Part shown: positions 37,201-45,799 of the stretch, in pieces
Numbering within the stretch: position 1 is the first letter of the stretch
Layout of the letters: every line of letters begins with the position of its first letter
NCBI GenBank assembly: GCA_964019425.1
Contig: OZ025802.1
Location: 124,001 to 188,000, forward strand
DNA: 64,000 nucleotides
Direction: 5' to 3'
Source: Flectonema sp. DT1601
Lineage: Eukaryota
Notes under the pieces: model-generated
The model's database searches: none
The model's input: only the letters and a program-made list of their open reading frames with translations
What the model was told of the DNA's origin: nothing
Program-made: the position numbers and the translations under genes

Positions 37201-37790
37201 GTTGACGAAAAAGTAATCGTCCCGGATGACGATAATAACACTTGCTGCTGATGAATATTAGTAACGTTGAATTGTGAAAGTTCGGTTCTGCGAACGCCTC
37301 CTTTTGAGAAACTAGTTATGTCTTTGCATGTGATTGAGAGGATGACTGGCCTTCTAAACCTATCTAATAAGTTTATATTTAATGTGAGATTAGAAATTGT
37401 TAAGTTTAAGTTATGGAGAATGACATCTTTTAGTTGTTTGTTTGAATTCGATTTTGGTTTTGATTGAGAAACAGACCCTTTCGAATAGGAATAGTAGTGA
37501 CCACAATCTTCTGATTGAAGCGCATCTAAAACTCTAATTTCCACTGTTAGATTTGATACACTACACGTAACAGGTTTCTTTTTTATATTTTTCCATGGGA
37601 TCACCGCCTTTATCTCTCCAGCTATACCCTTTATAATCTCTGTTCCACATATTATTTTACCCTTACACAATTGAACTTCCCGAAGGCTTAAATTTCCATT
37701 AAAGATACTGAAGTTCAGTTTTTTCAAATCTATTCCTTCGATGTATTCTTTAGCAACTTGTTCAATAATTGAGGCAGCGAGTCGATTCAT
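28293..37790 (-). CDS. VPS13: VPS13-family bridge-like lipid transfer protein with C-terminal dysferlin (DysF/Pex24) domain
   Basis: Chorein-N (YIEGIDLKKLNFSIFNGNLSL..IPWKNI), YWKYA motif, ATG_C-like glycine-rich region (GSPAYLL..AALTLDSEYQ..GLPGLVTG). DysF: EIFEHQ..GWKWVSEW..DGWQY..RRRRWTR. Probable start MNRLAAS at 37790. Confidence 0.88.
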   Translation of the reverse strand: MNRLAASIIEQVAKEYIEGIDLKKLNFSIFNGNLSLREVQLCKGKIICGTEIIKGIAGEIKAVIPWKNIKKKPVTCSVSNLTVEIRVLDALQSEDCGHYYSYSKGSVSQSKPKSNSNKQLKDVILHNLNLTISNLTLNINLLDRFRRPVILSITCKDITSFSKGGVRRTELSQFNVTNIHQQQVLLSSSGTITFSSTEGFGSVGLECSPLQIESKTVLENVIDLVLSVIEFPHKSRFTYLRPRLWSSRDYWKYACKSVVQIIKISRNRSSTEQLFRLRILLHRWRIRYWLKWKCSFITSKSSDTTFQPMESKIRSPHQRWVDSISTIRKSVSQRRSLRKRWIRAIYKIILNPSASDIVSNEMSLSVRIPSLIVSGEGFEHNHIHVSSIEIKLLSSTTEIISLEFYMQNVVIMNKITNTTLVSVEGVEATVDVPYGNREEKLTPDYSVVVKDCRVRTLLSVVDLLCFIDVVNPLPELPGFQIKTSSESILRQLSCWHRSSIIVSGIVHFDDGSWNPSTRTDDVISSTLEMDQSDCKSNSDKITSLDEEETPEQEVSSISSPTAESTSSITDDKQGRAQRTFQGIINKRNKLKDHWNDVKKVLPNKWKDRMKEQNKNTSPSINPNQQHDLVSNWKSCNRKRSFEIINKTIAFIVFDEMAVIKSSSLPIHVKQIANNVFISIKNIRTASIRQVKFNATEISGEQIDCHELLDRFIYNRNTKPPPFITLNFRIQRVTSLLGILSTNSPVAKINTHTKSLQLSALGIHIELPEISIMGERISLKGSNLASDNRNLCCLLTQCNIKINHSEIELPKVSVDVEKNTATVTCFSSTSQINSVTVTTGNVQLVGINVDLGNIKIIISDFKLSNESNLSYVTSETITVSAYDVLSELINCEMLMTRVCFHSSFEYIVDAVLFNEISGDINQDDNGNFHGIINTGGIVTRCEDPVLIKGNIKSVKCLVECSSKMTSGLIKATIDSISISCFDSNLCCESIEINTDVETDDFSVLVVIKPISSFIEILNTTGHPHTFKSNSDITSTIKSKLNPTTNTFENKLTITTTDTVGINNFIWCTAASLIIENTHETHNINIDITNFTVMLDEIKTPTLLSLICNKYAPYRDGCVLKNTSDKMKSISVVAKGILVCISDIELVASPELKLIVQWKDVVMKCFYHSEICRIEMGKKVILSVSPTTGEYCRDVRSSTASIGDISVVVTEEFLSKVLLLFQTVKTHISGMLLNIIKDSKLDTTTRIRTRSLNTTADTMTTISIDVGTCKVVIQTIKIIAIVKGISIAAGKQQQSETTQGLEELISLTTESISVNHITSRGIASLGGIHVKGNWKNGFDVSVYPNRNDTVRVNLRGFYNNNKKHDGNPSQLLQLVTQRLKTLVAISKLPEIHILLPNGDEAQIVIKGFVIGECEKINTKIEAQSITVRTTHTNRSDIEVNIETLMLKGYCYGKVYTATLDSCSVESEGISTSFSYCDTLNKSIYPVTVPIEKPSDKIILSTDINTALHSSVMLYSVSAYCTHQPALENAPGTLSITKTSIIWESNLSPNTGVIISRDDLRVGIDLDSWKGAFRWPRVRVYSLVFAVQRLVTCSEILSQLSGGIIKKDKIITTSSPSTPVTTKSREMEYDIKLLSLTFHSWLFHTFEKRNLPLVISCPTTTVSSNFNCIRIVRRESSRFDSGWIPFFIDKSVSLSKDLILTKRHHIVCSRSVLLSCGLFVIISLEGAVVHINDGCVLQIDNEQCFRGFAPEIRGGGKMVFVGDNNKPNKEEIKSLPQLNSKCVWSLSSRIGCIKSDTLTSLKNITITMKVSDQIKSLKITVEAQEIRISLLNKRRLSLTLTELSWIDVTSDRCSNNEMRLTGALTYQIKLHRHQVIPLQSWTISGINYDSHSLITLSSRKCDFYISEPLLETLSDVGINDLDCKETTVIVSNFCGVKLEFENGIESGGDQLITFTTTTNYVDLVFTDWSFSIPLTGGYRSLLEIPVEHEAKRHFRNRLKYKPIFVHITVEMSEPSVAKIEIEHPYAITISSDVFKILQIDFLWIASVVGTTVTRKQLKLLRDDKTFYGLSEKPDYLKISIREEDIEIREKITFENQCHGCIPIGNQQSTTLPVYLQYLLVSKASGQVVLDLCPPLIIINNLCSGISLVFDNCEHKAIKVPPGEDVAVFYFDVRVAQEATIRYGGLGGSMPLLSTEALLLHNNTSCTEPEISCILMKDSSKSIKKLVMSLQKNRKGLSCSFFGTEIVNKTSASVCFPFYEIDPGESCIVDFSSFQLRELFSTTSCFDRAHLTETNTSFDTIRFEIRPKYIIRNDLSFRIGEIDSNSVKELPHQFDRSVFYKTVDGEAYTISGPDDDMVFTCVTPTLIINNTFHELSICDGESSIPPFSKISTVPQSPLQDFIVIEQMKVSLCKDVKNTLLKNIPSPGIEQDENNKKMYYSVANSGCTITVHYGTELCENEKDYYVNIMVTTAADIHLMSDTELLHIWVTGSPLFDIMLWKSEGDLLFNITLGIKQLVIASMHNGDGFNQPVATLSNATCSVCSFNTTRNKIQRISVSHSQKDQESIIMSVSVSVKFIELLKQAIEKMVSKDKNNQNREIIIHEVSTPVITTYFSLDSSSAVARSSLLTSLSSVDRVRFDIPKCYFTGIHQSSTEVIFLLRNHYVNVCSNLLSTSAVYIRSAASLNITGSPAYLLDRLSQGISDLADPISSSGSIPEFASGVHLGLRSISGNAIAGTSNSIWQLAKGFGAATAALTLDSEYQQLRRERLSKCSDSHNSNNALSKTTSAISTGITEGCRGCLRTPYAGYQQSGLPGLVTGSVHGFVSAPIKIITGTLDGLASVAETLHFHTVTNDVSEHNIPSGHRSLPLALVNGIVCGYNLNTSLAYAAIQSYVRDVHHCLLFITTCESNIYRYLFSNRFLFCVSGSWNTVWVVDYKSISTIKMTDQGFELHQITNGDKHIHITNKVEQLCLLDILRSVLTAGQLSMGGRGEISILSEKLQIEERERPIANLPLGVVWCSRWRIENEEHHSKAYVKYTRKYKSLSEVKADKLSVFKSTIINRIPSCPQSEYRIVEIFEHQSSILTSWKSSALQSRWCSRSGADLSNYRTKDNHPPSYGWKWVSEWCLDKTNTDPDGWQYVSNSQQWDSSPSLFGTLRRRRWTRPSTLENR

Positions 37791-37915
37791 GTCGCTGACA
37801 TCGTGTCTGTGATGAGAGAAAAAGTAACGTGTTTTTCTACAACAAGAAAAAGAAAACAAAAACATTGTCATATCAAAGAAAACAGTTTGTTTGTTTTCTT
37901 TTGTTTTTTTTTTTA

Positions 37916-38004
37916 TACCGACATAGTCGGAGAAGAAACTTTTCAGATTGAAAGCCGATATGTCTTCAACGAAATTACTTAAAGGTTGGAATCTGAATGG
38001 TTGT
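37916..38004 (-). mobile_element. Short Helentron/HINE-like element, inverted copy with hairpin
   Basis: CCGACATAGTCGG hairpin (37918-37930), then AACTTTTCAGATT...AATCTGAATGGTT inverted repeat, flanked by T runs. Reverse-complement homologue of 58365-58489. Confidence 0.7.
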
Positions 38005-38198
38005 GTTTTTTTTTTTTTTTAGAACATGAAAAGTACTGCTGGTACCGTTGAACATATATTGAACGAAGAAAATAAATCACAGAGGCTAATCAACTGATTC
38101 TTTTTTTTTTTTTTGTACCGACGTAGTCGAAACGTTGCGCTAACGATAGCGAAAAGAGACCAGTAAGATAAACAGACAGTGACAGTTGTACTCAACAA

Positions 38199-38276
38199 TC
38201 ACAGTCACAGTCACAGTCACAGTCACAGTCACAGTCACAGTCACAGTCACAGTCACAGTCACAGTCACAGTCACAG
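38199..38276. repeat. (TCACAG)13 microsatellite
   Basis: Perfect hexamer run read directly. Confidence 0.97.
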
Positions 38277-38428
38277 TCAGTCACTCTGTTCAATCTGAGA
38301 GTACTTTAGTGGAATAATTAAAAAAATCAGAGATGGAAAAAAGAATTTAAAAAAAGTCAAACACAATAATTAGCAATCATACTAAACGAGTTCAGTACAG
38401 GATTGCCCTTCTGAGTTAGATTTTTGTA

Positions 38429-39595
38429 TTAGTCGAACTGAGCAGTAGCTTCACCAATCTTGACAATGGCGTCGACTGCTTCAGTAAGAGCATCAGGTCT
38501 CTGATGGCATCCTTCGCTGTAAAGAACCCAATCGTGCCACATTCTTGGGTAGATTATTTGAGTGATTTCAGTGTGACCAGCTGCTTCAGCTCTTTTAGTA
38601 AACTCTGTCGTATCACTGAGCATTACTTCAGCATCACCAGCCATTAGTAGTAATGGTGGTAGCCCTGCTAAGGCTTCAGGAGGTGCCCAGACTGGAGATG
38701 CAATAGCATTCTTCCAATCGCAGTCTTCGCCAACATAATCTCTGCCACCTTCTTGAGAACCTTTTATTTCTTTATCAGCATCTCCATTTGAGAAGACTGG
38801 GTCTCCAGTACGAGTTTTTTCATTCCACACTCTTGTTCTGTAAGAGTCAAAAGAACAACTCAAATCAGTATAAGCAGAGATACCAATACCCATTGAAGGC
38901 ATCTTAATGTCAGAGAGTCCAACAGATTCTAACGAAGTCTTCAAATCAAGAGACTTCATACTCAGAGAGAGTAACGCCGATAGGACGAGACCTCCACCAG
39001 CACTGTCTCCGACAAGAAAAATATCGTCTGCTTCTTCTTCTCCAGAAGGACCGTTGGAATACAACCACTTTATAGCTCTGAGAGCATCTTCAACGGGGGC
39101 TGGAAAGATGAATTCAGGTACTAGTCGGTAGTCGATTGCCAAGACAGGGAGTTTAGTTATGTTTGCAATTCTTGTACTGAAAGGACGATAGACATCTGAA
39201 GGGGAATACCAAGAGTAGCCGCCACCGTGAAGGAACAGTACTCGTTTTTTAGTTGTTTTCATATCCTTTGGGATTATCCACTCTGGGTCTCCTCGGTGTT
39301 TATCATCGCGAGTCCACTTTTGAAACACTTTGTCATCACTCTTTTCGATTACTCGAATTTCCTCGACATCTGCGAGAGTGTCGTCCATTCCACTTTCCCC
39401 GTAGTCGTTTGCTTCTCGTAATCTATTTATACATTCCACTACTGGATCCAATATCTTTGGTTCCTTATTGTCATTGGTGATGGTGCTCGGAACTGTTGTT
39501 TCCATCTTTTTGTAATCTGTGGGCCACAAGTACCAACCGACAATCGCCACCGCCACAACAGTATTTACTGTTACAAAGTTGCGGATTGACGGCAT
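38429..39595 (-). CDS. Hormone-sensitive-lipase-family alpha/beta hydrolase (esterase) with N-terminal anchor
   Basis: HGGG oxyanion motif, GDSAGG nucleophile, DYRLVPEFIFPA, GDAE and MWHDW. Confidence 0.93.
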   Translation of the reverse strand: MPSIRNFVTVNTVVAVAIVGWYLWPTDYKKMETTVPSTITNDNKEPKILDPVVECINRLREANDYGESGMDDTLADVEEIRVIEKSDDKVFQKWTRDDKHRGDPEWIIPKDMKTTKKRVLFLHGGGYSWYSPSDVYRPFSTRIANITKLPVLAIDYRLVPEFIFPAPVEDALRAIKWLYSNGPSGEEEADDIFLVGDSAGGGLVLSALLSLSMKSLDLKTSLESVGLSDIKMPSMGIGISAYTDLSCSFDSYRTRVWNEKTRTGDPVFSNGDADKEIKGSQEGGRDYVGEDCDWKNAIASPVWAPPEALAGLPPLLLMAGDAEVMLSDTTEFTKRAEAAGHTEITQIIYPRMWHDWVLYSEGCHQRPDALTEAVDAIVKIGEATAQFD

Positions 39596-39773
39596 ATCTA
39601 ATAGTTGAGTTCGCTATATAAATATAACCTTCAGGTATCTCAGAGGGGAGGACTTTGATACTATTAATACCAAGTATTTATCAGCTACCGTGATGAGATA
39701 CAAAAATAGCCAACCCCACCAACCTGTGGGGTCAAAAAAATTGACTCCTGAAAAAATTATAAGAGAAAAAAAA

Positions 39774-39968
39774 TCACTTTGTCACTTGAATCTTCGCGTT
39801 TCCAAATTCTTTTTCATATGTTGGATTTTCTTTTGAATACATTTCGTGAACCAGTAGAGCCTCAGCTTCCAATTCACCTATATCAACGCCACATGTCACT
39901 CTATCACACGTGCATACTGCCAGTTTGGTAAACGGACAAGCCGTGTGAAAGGCTGCAACTTGAGGCAT
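39774..39968 (-). CDS. Possible small protein or terminal exon (64 aa)
   Basis: Correct strand, protein-like composition, preceded by a pyrimidine tract + CAG at ~39989. No recognisable motif. Confidence 0.3.
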   Translation of the reverse strand: MPQVAAFHTACPFTKLAVCTCDRVTCGVDIGELEAEALLVHEMYSKENPTYEKEFGNAKIQVTK

Positions 39969-40175
39969 ATTATTGAACGTCGCTTCTCCTGGAAAGAAGA
40001 AAAAGATTATTCACCACAACTGTCTACTAAAACAACAAAATACCACGTCTACAGATTATTACATGTACTTAGATACATGACTTGAATCGTTACAGAAACG
40101 ATACTATAAATTATTCCCTTAACCTGAACTTGTTGTGAGAGATGGCTGTTCTTTTTTTCCTCAAAAATGTCGAAC

Positions 40176-41441
40176 TTAGAAACTCGACACTCGAAGATCA
40201 ACAACAGAAGAACCGACCTCATCCCATTCAGACTTACTAACAAACTGAGGTAAGAATGAAGACACAGATCCAATAATTGAGCTTCCTAACCAAGACGTAT
40301 AATCAGGTGATGGTGGGAATGGTCCATTCTGAACTCCAGAACGGTAGTCTGACAGCACTGAGACACCAGAACTTGGAGGAAATATCGAAGATAATTCTGA
40401 CTGGAAGCGGGAAGAAAACGATTCTCCAGTAGTAACGCCTCCCTTTAATAATATATTTGGACACAGAAGGGATCGAACTGAAGCATCACATCCGAAAATA
40501 CATTTTTTTGTAAAGTCTTGAAGAGTCTGTTCTGGTGATGTGAATTTAGATGTTGAATTGGATTGGAAAAGAGCTCCACCAAGAGAACGACGAATATCGT
40601 CATTTACGGTGATTGATTTCCCATCAGGAAGCTCCCACACCATTGATGGAACTGTTTCTGTTGAAGATGCTCCAAGTGCTTCCATAGTACTGTGATAGTA
40701 TTCAGTTAGAACTTGTTCTTGAACACTTTGGTGTTGATTTTGTCGAAGTTTTAGTACCTCACTTTCTTCTTCCGGTAACAAACTCGGATCTGTTGAATGA
40801 GTTAACGTCTTCCCCGCTCTAGTCTTCTCTACTCTTTTAAGGTATTGAAGAGGTGATTTAATATCATGTCCGAGATCTGAGAAATACTGCTTCCAATTAT
40901 CAGTCATTTGAATCCCACCAAATGGTAATATTTTACTCTTTTGTTTTAGAATGTATCCGTCAAAAACAACAGTTGCTCTCGTCTCTCTGTGTCCACCGTC
41001 AATGACTACAGCTTTGTCTTTACCGTAGGAATATGTTGCTGATGCTGCGTCAGATGTAAGTGCCACTGCTGGATGTTGGTTTTCTTCAAGTAGTGATTCA
41101 AATAATGAATATCTGTGTTTTGATTCTATCCCTGGAGGGTCAACGATTATTACTGGTGTTTCTTTTGGTTCAATTTGTAGTGTGTTTGAAATTCTCGAAA
41201 TGTGTTTCTTCCCTTCTTCAACTCTAAACTCCGTTCCATCATAAAGCTGTAATATTTCACTACCATCAGGTACAATAGCATGTGGCCTTCTGTCAGTAGG
41301 GTAGCTGCTAATTGCTGAACTTCTTACTACAGTTGGTTTCGTATCTCCACTGAAGCCACCAGTTACCTTCCAGGCACCCATCTCTAACACTAAACTACTT
41401 AGGACATCTTCTTGAAAGTATTCGATGTGAGGACGCTTCAT
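40176..41441 (-). CDS. Nuclear actin-related protein, ARP4/ACTL6-like
   Basis: EDVLSSLVLEMGAW..GFSGDTKP, VIDGGH, WELPDG, SWLGSSIIGSVSSF..VSKSEWDEVG. Confidence 0.85.
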   Translation of the reverse strand: MKRPHIEYFQEDVLSSLVLEMGAWKVTGGFSGDTKPTVVRSSAISSYPTDRRPHAIVPDGSEILQLYDGTEFRVEEGKKHISRISNTLQIEPKETPVIIVDPPGIESKHRYSLFESLLEENQHPAVALTSDAASATYSYGKDKAVVIDGGHRETRATVVFDGYILKQKSKILPFGGIQMTDNWKQYFSDLGHDIKSPLQYLKRVEKTRAGKTLTHSTDPSLLPEEESEVLKLRQNQHQSVQEQVLTEYYHSTMEALGASSTETVPSMVWELPDGKSITVNDDIRRSLGGALFQSNSTSKFTSPEQTLQDFTKKCIFGCDASVRSLLCPNILLKGGVTTGESFSSRFQSELSSIFPPSSGVSVLSDYRSGVQNGPFPPSPDYTSWLGSSIIGSVSSFLPQFVSKSEWDEVGSSVVDLRVSSF

Positions 41442-41467
41442 CTTTTAATATCTTTTTTTTTGTTCTG

Positions 41468-41502
<35 letters not shown>

Positions 41503-41568
41503 CTTTTGAATAAGGTACCACGGATCATAAAAAGAATAAGTTCATCGTGTAAATGAAAAACAGTACAA

Positions 41569-42879
41569 TCATTGCTTAGGTTCATCTTTCTTACTCTTCA
41601 AACGAGCAGTTTGAGGTCTTCGTTTTGTAATAGAATCGATACGAGTCTGATAAGATCGTCTCGTCAATGAAATATTTAATAAATTCGCATCAGGTGGATG
41701 CATCTGAAGAATAGCAACTTTCGGTTTCTTCGGAAGAGCGGAACTAAATATTTCAGAAGAACACTTTGGACATAAAAGTTTATCTGAACAAACATCAGGT
41801 TGCTTCCTTGACGGTGGAGAGATGATAAGATGACGAGAAAGCTTCTTTGAAAAATTCGCAGACAGCTCCGTATGCAATTTCAACAAGTTTGCATGCTCTT
41901 GTTGAAGAGCTTCTATTTTACAATAAGCATCAGATATCGAGTTTCTTAGGTGATTTTCTCGAGTTGCAAATGTTTGTTTCAGTCGAGAGAGACGTTCATC
42001 AGATGCCCTCTCACACGTATCTAAAGTTGTTTGCTTTTGTTGTAATAAGTTACAAAGATTCATCGTCGCTACTGCTGTTCTTGCCGCTACTTCAATTGAA
42101 CGATCCTTTTCATTAGCATCGTGAGATAAATAATTCTTTTTTAATTCTGTAAATAATCTGTTCTTTAGTTCAACTACACATTTCAGTTCGTTGATGTCTT
42201 CTTTTCTCGTTGATAGCTGTGCTTGAAGTACCTCAACTTCTTGTTCATAGCGGTTCTTTTGATTTTTTGATCTTTCCTCCGACAACAAGATGTCACTACG
42301 TAATTGTTCTTCAAGAGAATTCCAGGCTGCTTCTGCAAGTCCCATTGCTGTTGAATGTTGAACGTGGAGAGTAGCAGTAACGTCTTCTATCGTTGCTGAT
42401 AATTCCCTGATGTGTTTCTGTTCAAGTTCTTCAATCTGTTGTTGATGTTTTTTTGCTGCTTCTGAAATGTCGTGTTCAAATTGTTTTTTGTAAGTTTCAA
42501 GAGATAATTCTAAAAATATTTGCTTCGCATTGTCAGCAGCAATTCGACCATCGAGAACATGCGCAGTCTGCTCTGATATCGCCGTCATTATCGAGAAGAG
42601 TCTTTCACTATTCATTAAACACAACGTCAGATCGAATTTCTGAGATTCTGAGATTTTACGTTTAGCATCTTCCGACAACAATCTCAACACATCTGTCAGA
42701 CACTCTTCATCAATTGAATTAGCAGGTATTCCAATGTCACTTTGAGTTGACATATTCCTCCTTACAATCTTTCTCTTTATGTAAGTCAGTTGATCTTTCA
42801 TATAGCTATATATCCCACTATACGCTTGCTGTTCTCTACGAGCACGGCGAGAATCAGCCGTACAGGGAGAGGCTTCCAT
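41569..42879 (-). CDS. Hypothetical coiled-coil protein
   Basis: 436 aa ORF on the gene strand, heptad-rich centre, CPKC near the C-terminus. Confidence 0.7.
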   Translation of the reverse strand: MEASPCTADSRRARREQQAYSGIYSYMKDQLTYIKRKIVRRNMSTQSDIGIPANSIDEECLTDVLRLLSEDAKRKISESQKFDLTLCLMNSERLFSIMTAISEQTAHVLDGRIAADNAKQIFLELSLETYKKQFEHDISEAAKKHQQQIEELEQKHIRELSATIEDVTATLHVQHSTAMGLAEAAWNSLEEQLRSDILLSEERSKNQKNRYEQEVEVLQAQLSTRKEDINELKCVVELKNRLFTELKKNYLSHDANEKDRSIEVAARTAVATMNLCNLLQQKQTTLDTCERASDERLSRLKQTFATRENHLRNSISDAYCKIEALQQEHANLLKLHTELSANFSKKLSRHLIISPPSRKQPDVCSDKLLCPKCSSEIFSSALPKKPKVAILQMHPPDANLLNISLTRRSYQTRIDSITKRRPQTARLKSKKDEPKQ

Positions 42880-42982
42880 TTTTGTATTCTTAGAAGGTCT
42901 GAATTTATAAAATAAACTTTTATTCGAAAGTAATTATTTAATACTTCTCTAAAATAGAAAGTAGTTTGAGATATTACAAATC

Positions 42983-44913
42983 AGAGAGAGAGAGAGAGAG
43001 TTGAGAAGCTACCAAGAAAGAAACACGAGTGACGTGTCCCATCTGAAGATTCCAATCAGAAGTCAGGACAATTTAGTTAGTCGTCAGGAGATTAACTTCC
43101 GACTGAGAGATCAGGTATTAGAACTAAAGTGGTTTATCATCACAAGAAAGGGAGAGAGTTGAGAAGCTGCCAAGAGAGAAACACGAGTGACGTGTCCTAT
43201 CTGAAGATTCCAATCAGAAGTCAGGACAATTTAGTTAGTCGTCAGGAGATTAACTTCCGACTGAGAGATCAGGTATTAGAACTAAAGTGGTTTATCATCA
43301 CAAGAGAGTGAGAGAGTTGAGAAGCTACCAAGAAAGAAACACGAGTGACGTGTCCTATCTGAAGATTCCAATCAGAAGTCAGGACAATTTAGTTAGTCGT
43401 CAGGAGATTAACTTCCGACTGAGAGATCAGGTATTAGAACTAAAGTGGTTTATCATCACAAGAGAGTGAGAGAGTTGAGAAGCTGCCAAGAGAGAAACAC
43501 GAGTGACGTGTCCTATCTGAAGATTCCAATCAGAAGTCAGGACAATTTAGTTAGTCGTCAGGAGATTAACTTCCGACTGAGAGATCAGGTATTAGAACTA
43601 AAGTGGTTTATCATCACAAGAAAGGGAGAGAGTTGAGAAGCTGCCAAGAAAGAAACACGAGTGACGTGTCCTATCTGAAGATTCCAATCAGAAGTCAGGA
43701 CAATTTAGTTAGTCGTCAGGAGATTAACTTCCGACTGAGAGATCAGGTATTAGAACTAAAGTGGTTTATCATCACAAGAGAGTGAGAGAGTTGAGAAGCT
43801 GCCAAGAAAGAAACACGAGTGACGTGTCCTATCTGAAGATTCCAATCAGAAGTCAGGACAATTTAGTTAGTCGTCAGGAGATTAACTTCCGACTGAGAGA
43901 TCAGGTATTAGAACTAAAGTGGTTTATCATCACAAGAAAGTGAGAGTGAGAGAGTTGAGAAGCTGCCAAGAAAGAAACACGAGTGACGTGTCCTATCTGA
44001 AGATTCCAATCAGAAGTCAGGACAATTTAGTTAGTCGTCAGGAGATTAACTTCCGACTGAGAGATCAGGTATTAGAACTAAAGTGGTTTATCATCACAAG
44101 AAAGTGAGAGTGAGAGAGTTGAGAAGCTGCCAAGAAAGAAACACGAGTGACGTGTCCTATCTGAAGATTCCAATCAGAAGTCAGGACAATTTAGTTAGTC
44201 GTCAGGAGATTAACTTCCGACTGAGAGATCAGGTATTAGAACTAAAGTGGTTTATCATCACAAGAGAGTGAGAGAGTTGAGAAGCTGCCAAGAGAGAAAC
44301 ACGAGTGACGTGTCCTATCTGAAGATTCCAATCAGAAGTCAGGACAATTTAGTTAGTCGTCAGGAGATTAACTTCCGACTGAGAGATCAGGTATTAGAAC
44401 TAAAGTGGTTTATCATCACAAGAGAGTGAGAGAGTTGAGAAGCTACCAAGAAAGAAACACGAGTGACGTGTCCTATCTGAAGATTCCAATCAGAAGTCAG
44501 GACAATTTAGTTAGTCGTCAGGAGATTAACTTCCGACTGAGAGATCAGGTATTAGAACTAAAGTGGTTTATCATCACAAGAAAGTGAGAGTGAGAGAGTT
44601 GAGAAGCTGCCAAGAAAGAAACACGAGTGACGTGTCCTATCTGAAGATTCCAATCAGAAGTCAGGACAATTTAGTTAGTCGTCAGGAGATTAACTTCCGA
44701 CTGAGAGATCAGGTATTAGAACTAAAGTGGTTTATCATCACAAGAGAGTGAGAGAGTTGAGAAGCTACCAAGAAAGAAACACGAGTGACGTGTCCTATCT
44801 GAAGATTCCAATCAGAAGTCAGGACAATTTAGTTAGTCGTCAGGAGATTAACTTCCGACTGAGAGATCAGGTATTAGAACTAAAGTGGTTTATCATCACA
44901 AGAGAGTGAGAGT
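42983..44913 (-). repeat. Tandem array 2: 12 units of the same 158/164 bp repeat
   Basis: Marker at 43129, 43287, 43445, 43603, 43761, 43919, 44083, 44247, 44405, 44563, 44727 and 44885. Core is the same as array 1, in the same orientation. Confidence 0.98.
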
Positions 44914-45194
44914 GCGTGTATTGGGTTCCAATCAGAAGCCATGTGATACTTCAAACAGATAACATAAAACTCCTAATGTGTTAAAGTAGTATAATATTTA
45001 TTATAAAGAAGGTTTCCTAATCAACTCCAGTAGGTAATATCAAACTGATTAGACGACTTATTTTTGGTTCATAATTCTGTTCATTATCTTCCCAACTGAC
45101 TGACTGAGTGATACAACGGACAACTAATTCGGGCAGAAATAATCGCTAGTGGTGGTATCAAATCTTACTCCTTTTATAGTATCTTCTTTTCTTT

Positions 45195-45225
<31 letters not shown>

Positions 45226-45799
45226 CCCGTCTCTTTTTTCTTTTTTTTTTTTCATCCTCATCATCATTTTTCATTGCAGAATTGAAAAAAAGAAAACGTA
45301 TATAAAAAAGGTAAATATGTAACGAAATTCCTTAAGCAGTGGGAGACCGTTGGGTTGCTACGTTCTGAAAGAGACACCGCTGCAAGGACGATTGGCACCG
45401 TTGGGAGTACTATCAGTAATAAGGGAATCCCAGACTACCAAAGTGTACTACCAAAACAGGTTATGCTGTTGGTAGCTTTCTCATTCTAACTGAGATTTCA
45501 CACACTAATGAATAAAAATAAATATAAGAAAAAGAAAAAGAAAGAAAAATTAAAAAAATGAAAAAAACGAAACACTATATTGCAATGCGGGCAAACCTGC
45601 TCCCCTATTGAGAAACACAACTGAGAAACGAAAAAAAAAAAATGAAATATGGGATCGATAAAAAGAGTAAATGAAGCGGTGAAAACACTTTGCAGGCAGG
45701 TGAAGTAACTATACGCAGCTGACTGATTGGCGAGGTACTTATGAGACGCCGTCCAGCACAAAGGATAGGTGGAGCCAGGACTTAACTCTCGAAGGAGTT

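Noticed and set aside
43385..43405. Minus-strand CTGACGA (and plus-strand CTGAAGA) as canonical hammerhead cores
   Set aside because: No correctly placed GAAA with closing stems I and II for either.
42983..44913. Spliced-leader RNA, 5S rRNA or tRNA tandem genes
   Set aside because: No SL exon/GTATG donor, no 5S or cloverleaf signature recognisable on either strand.
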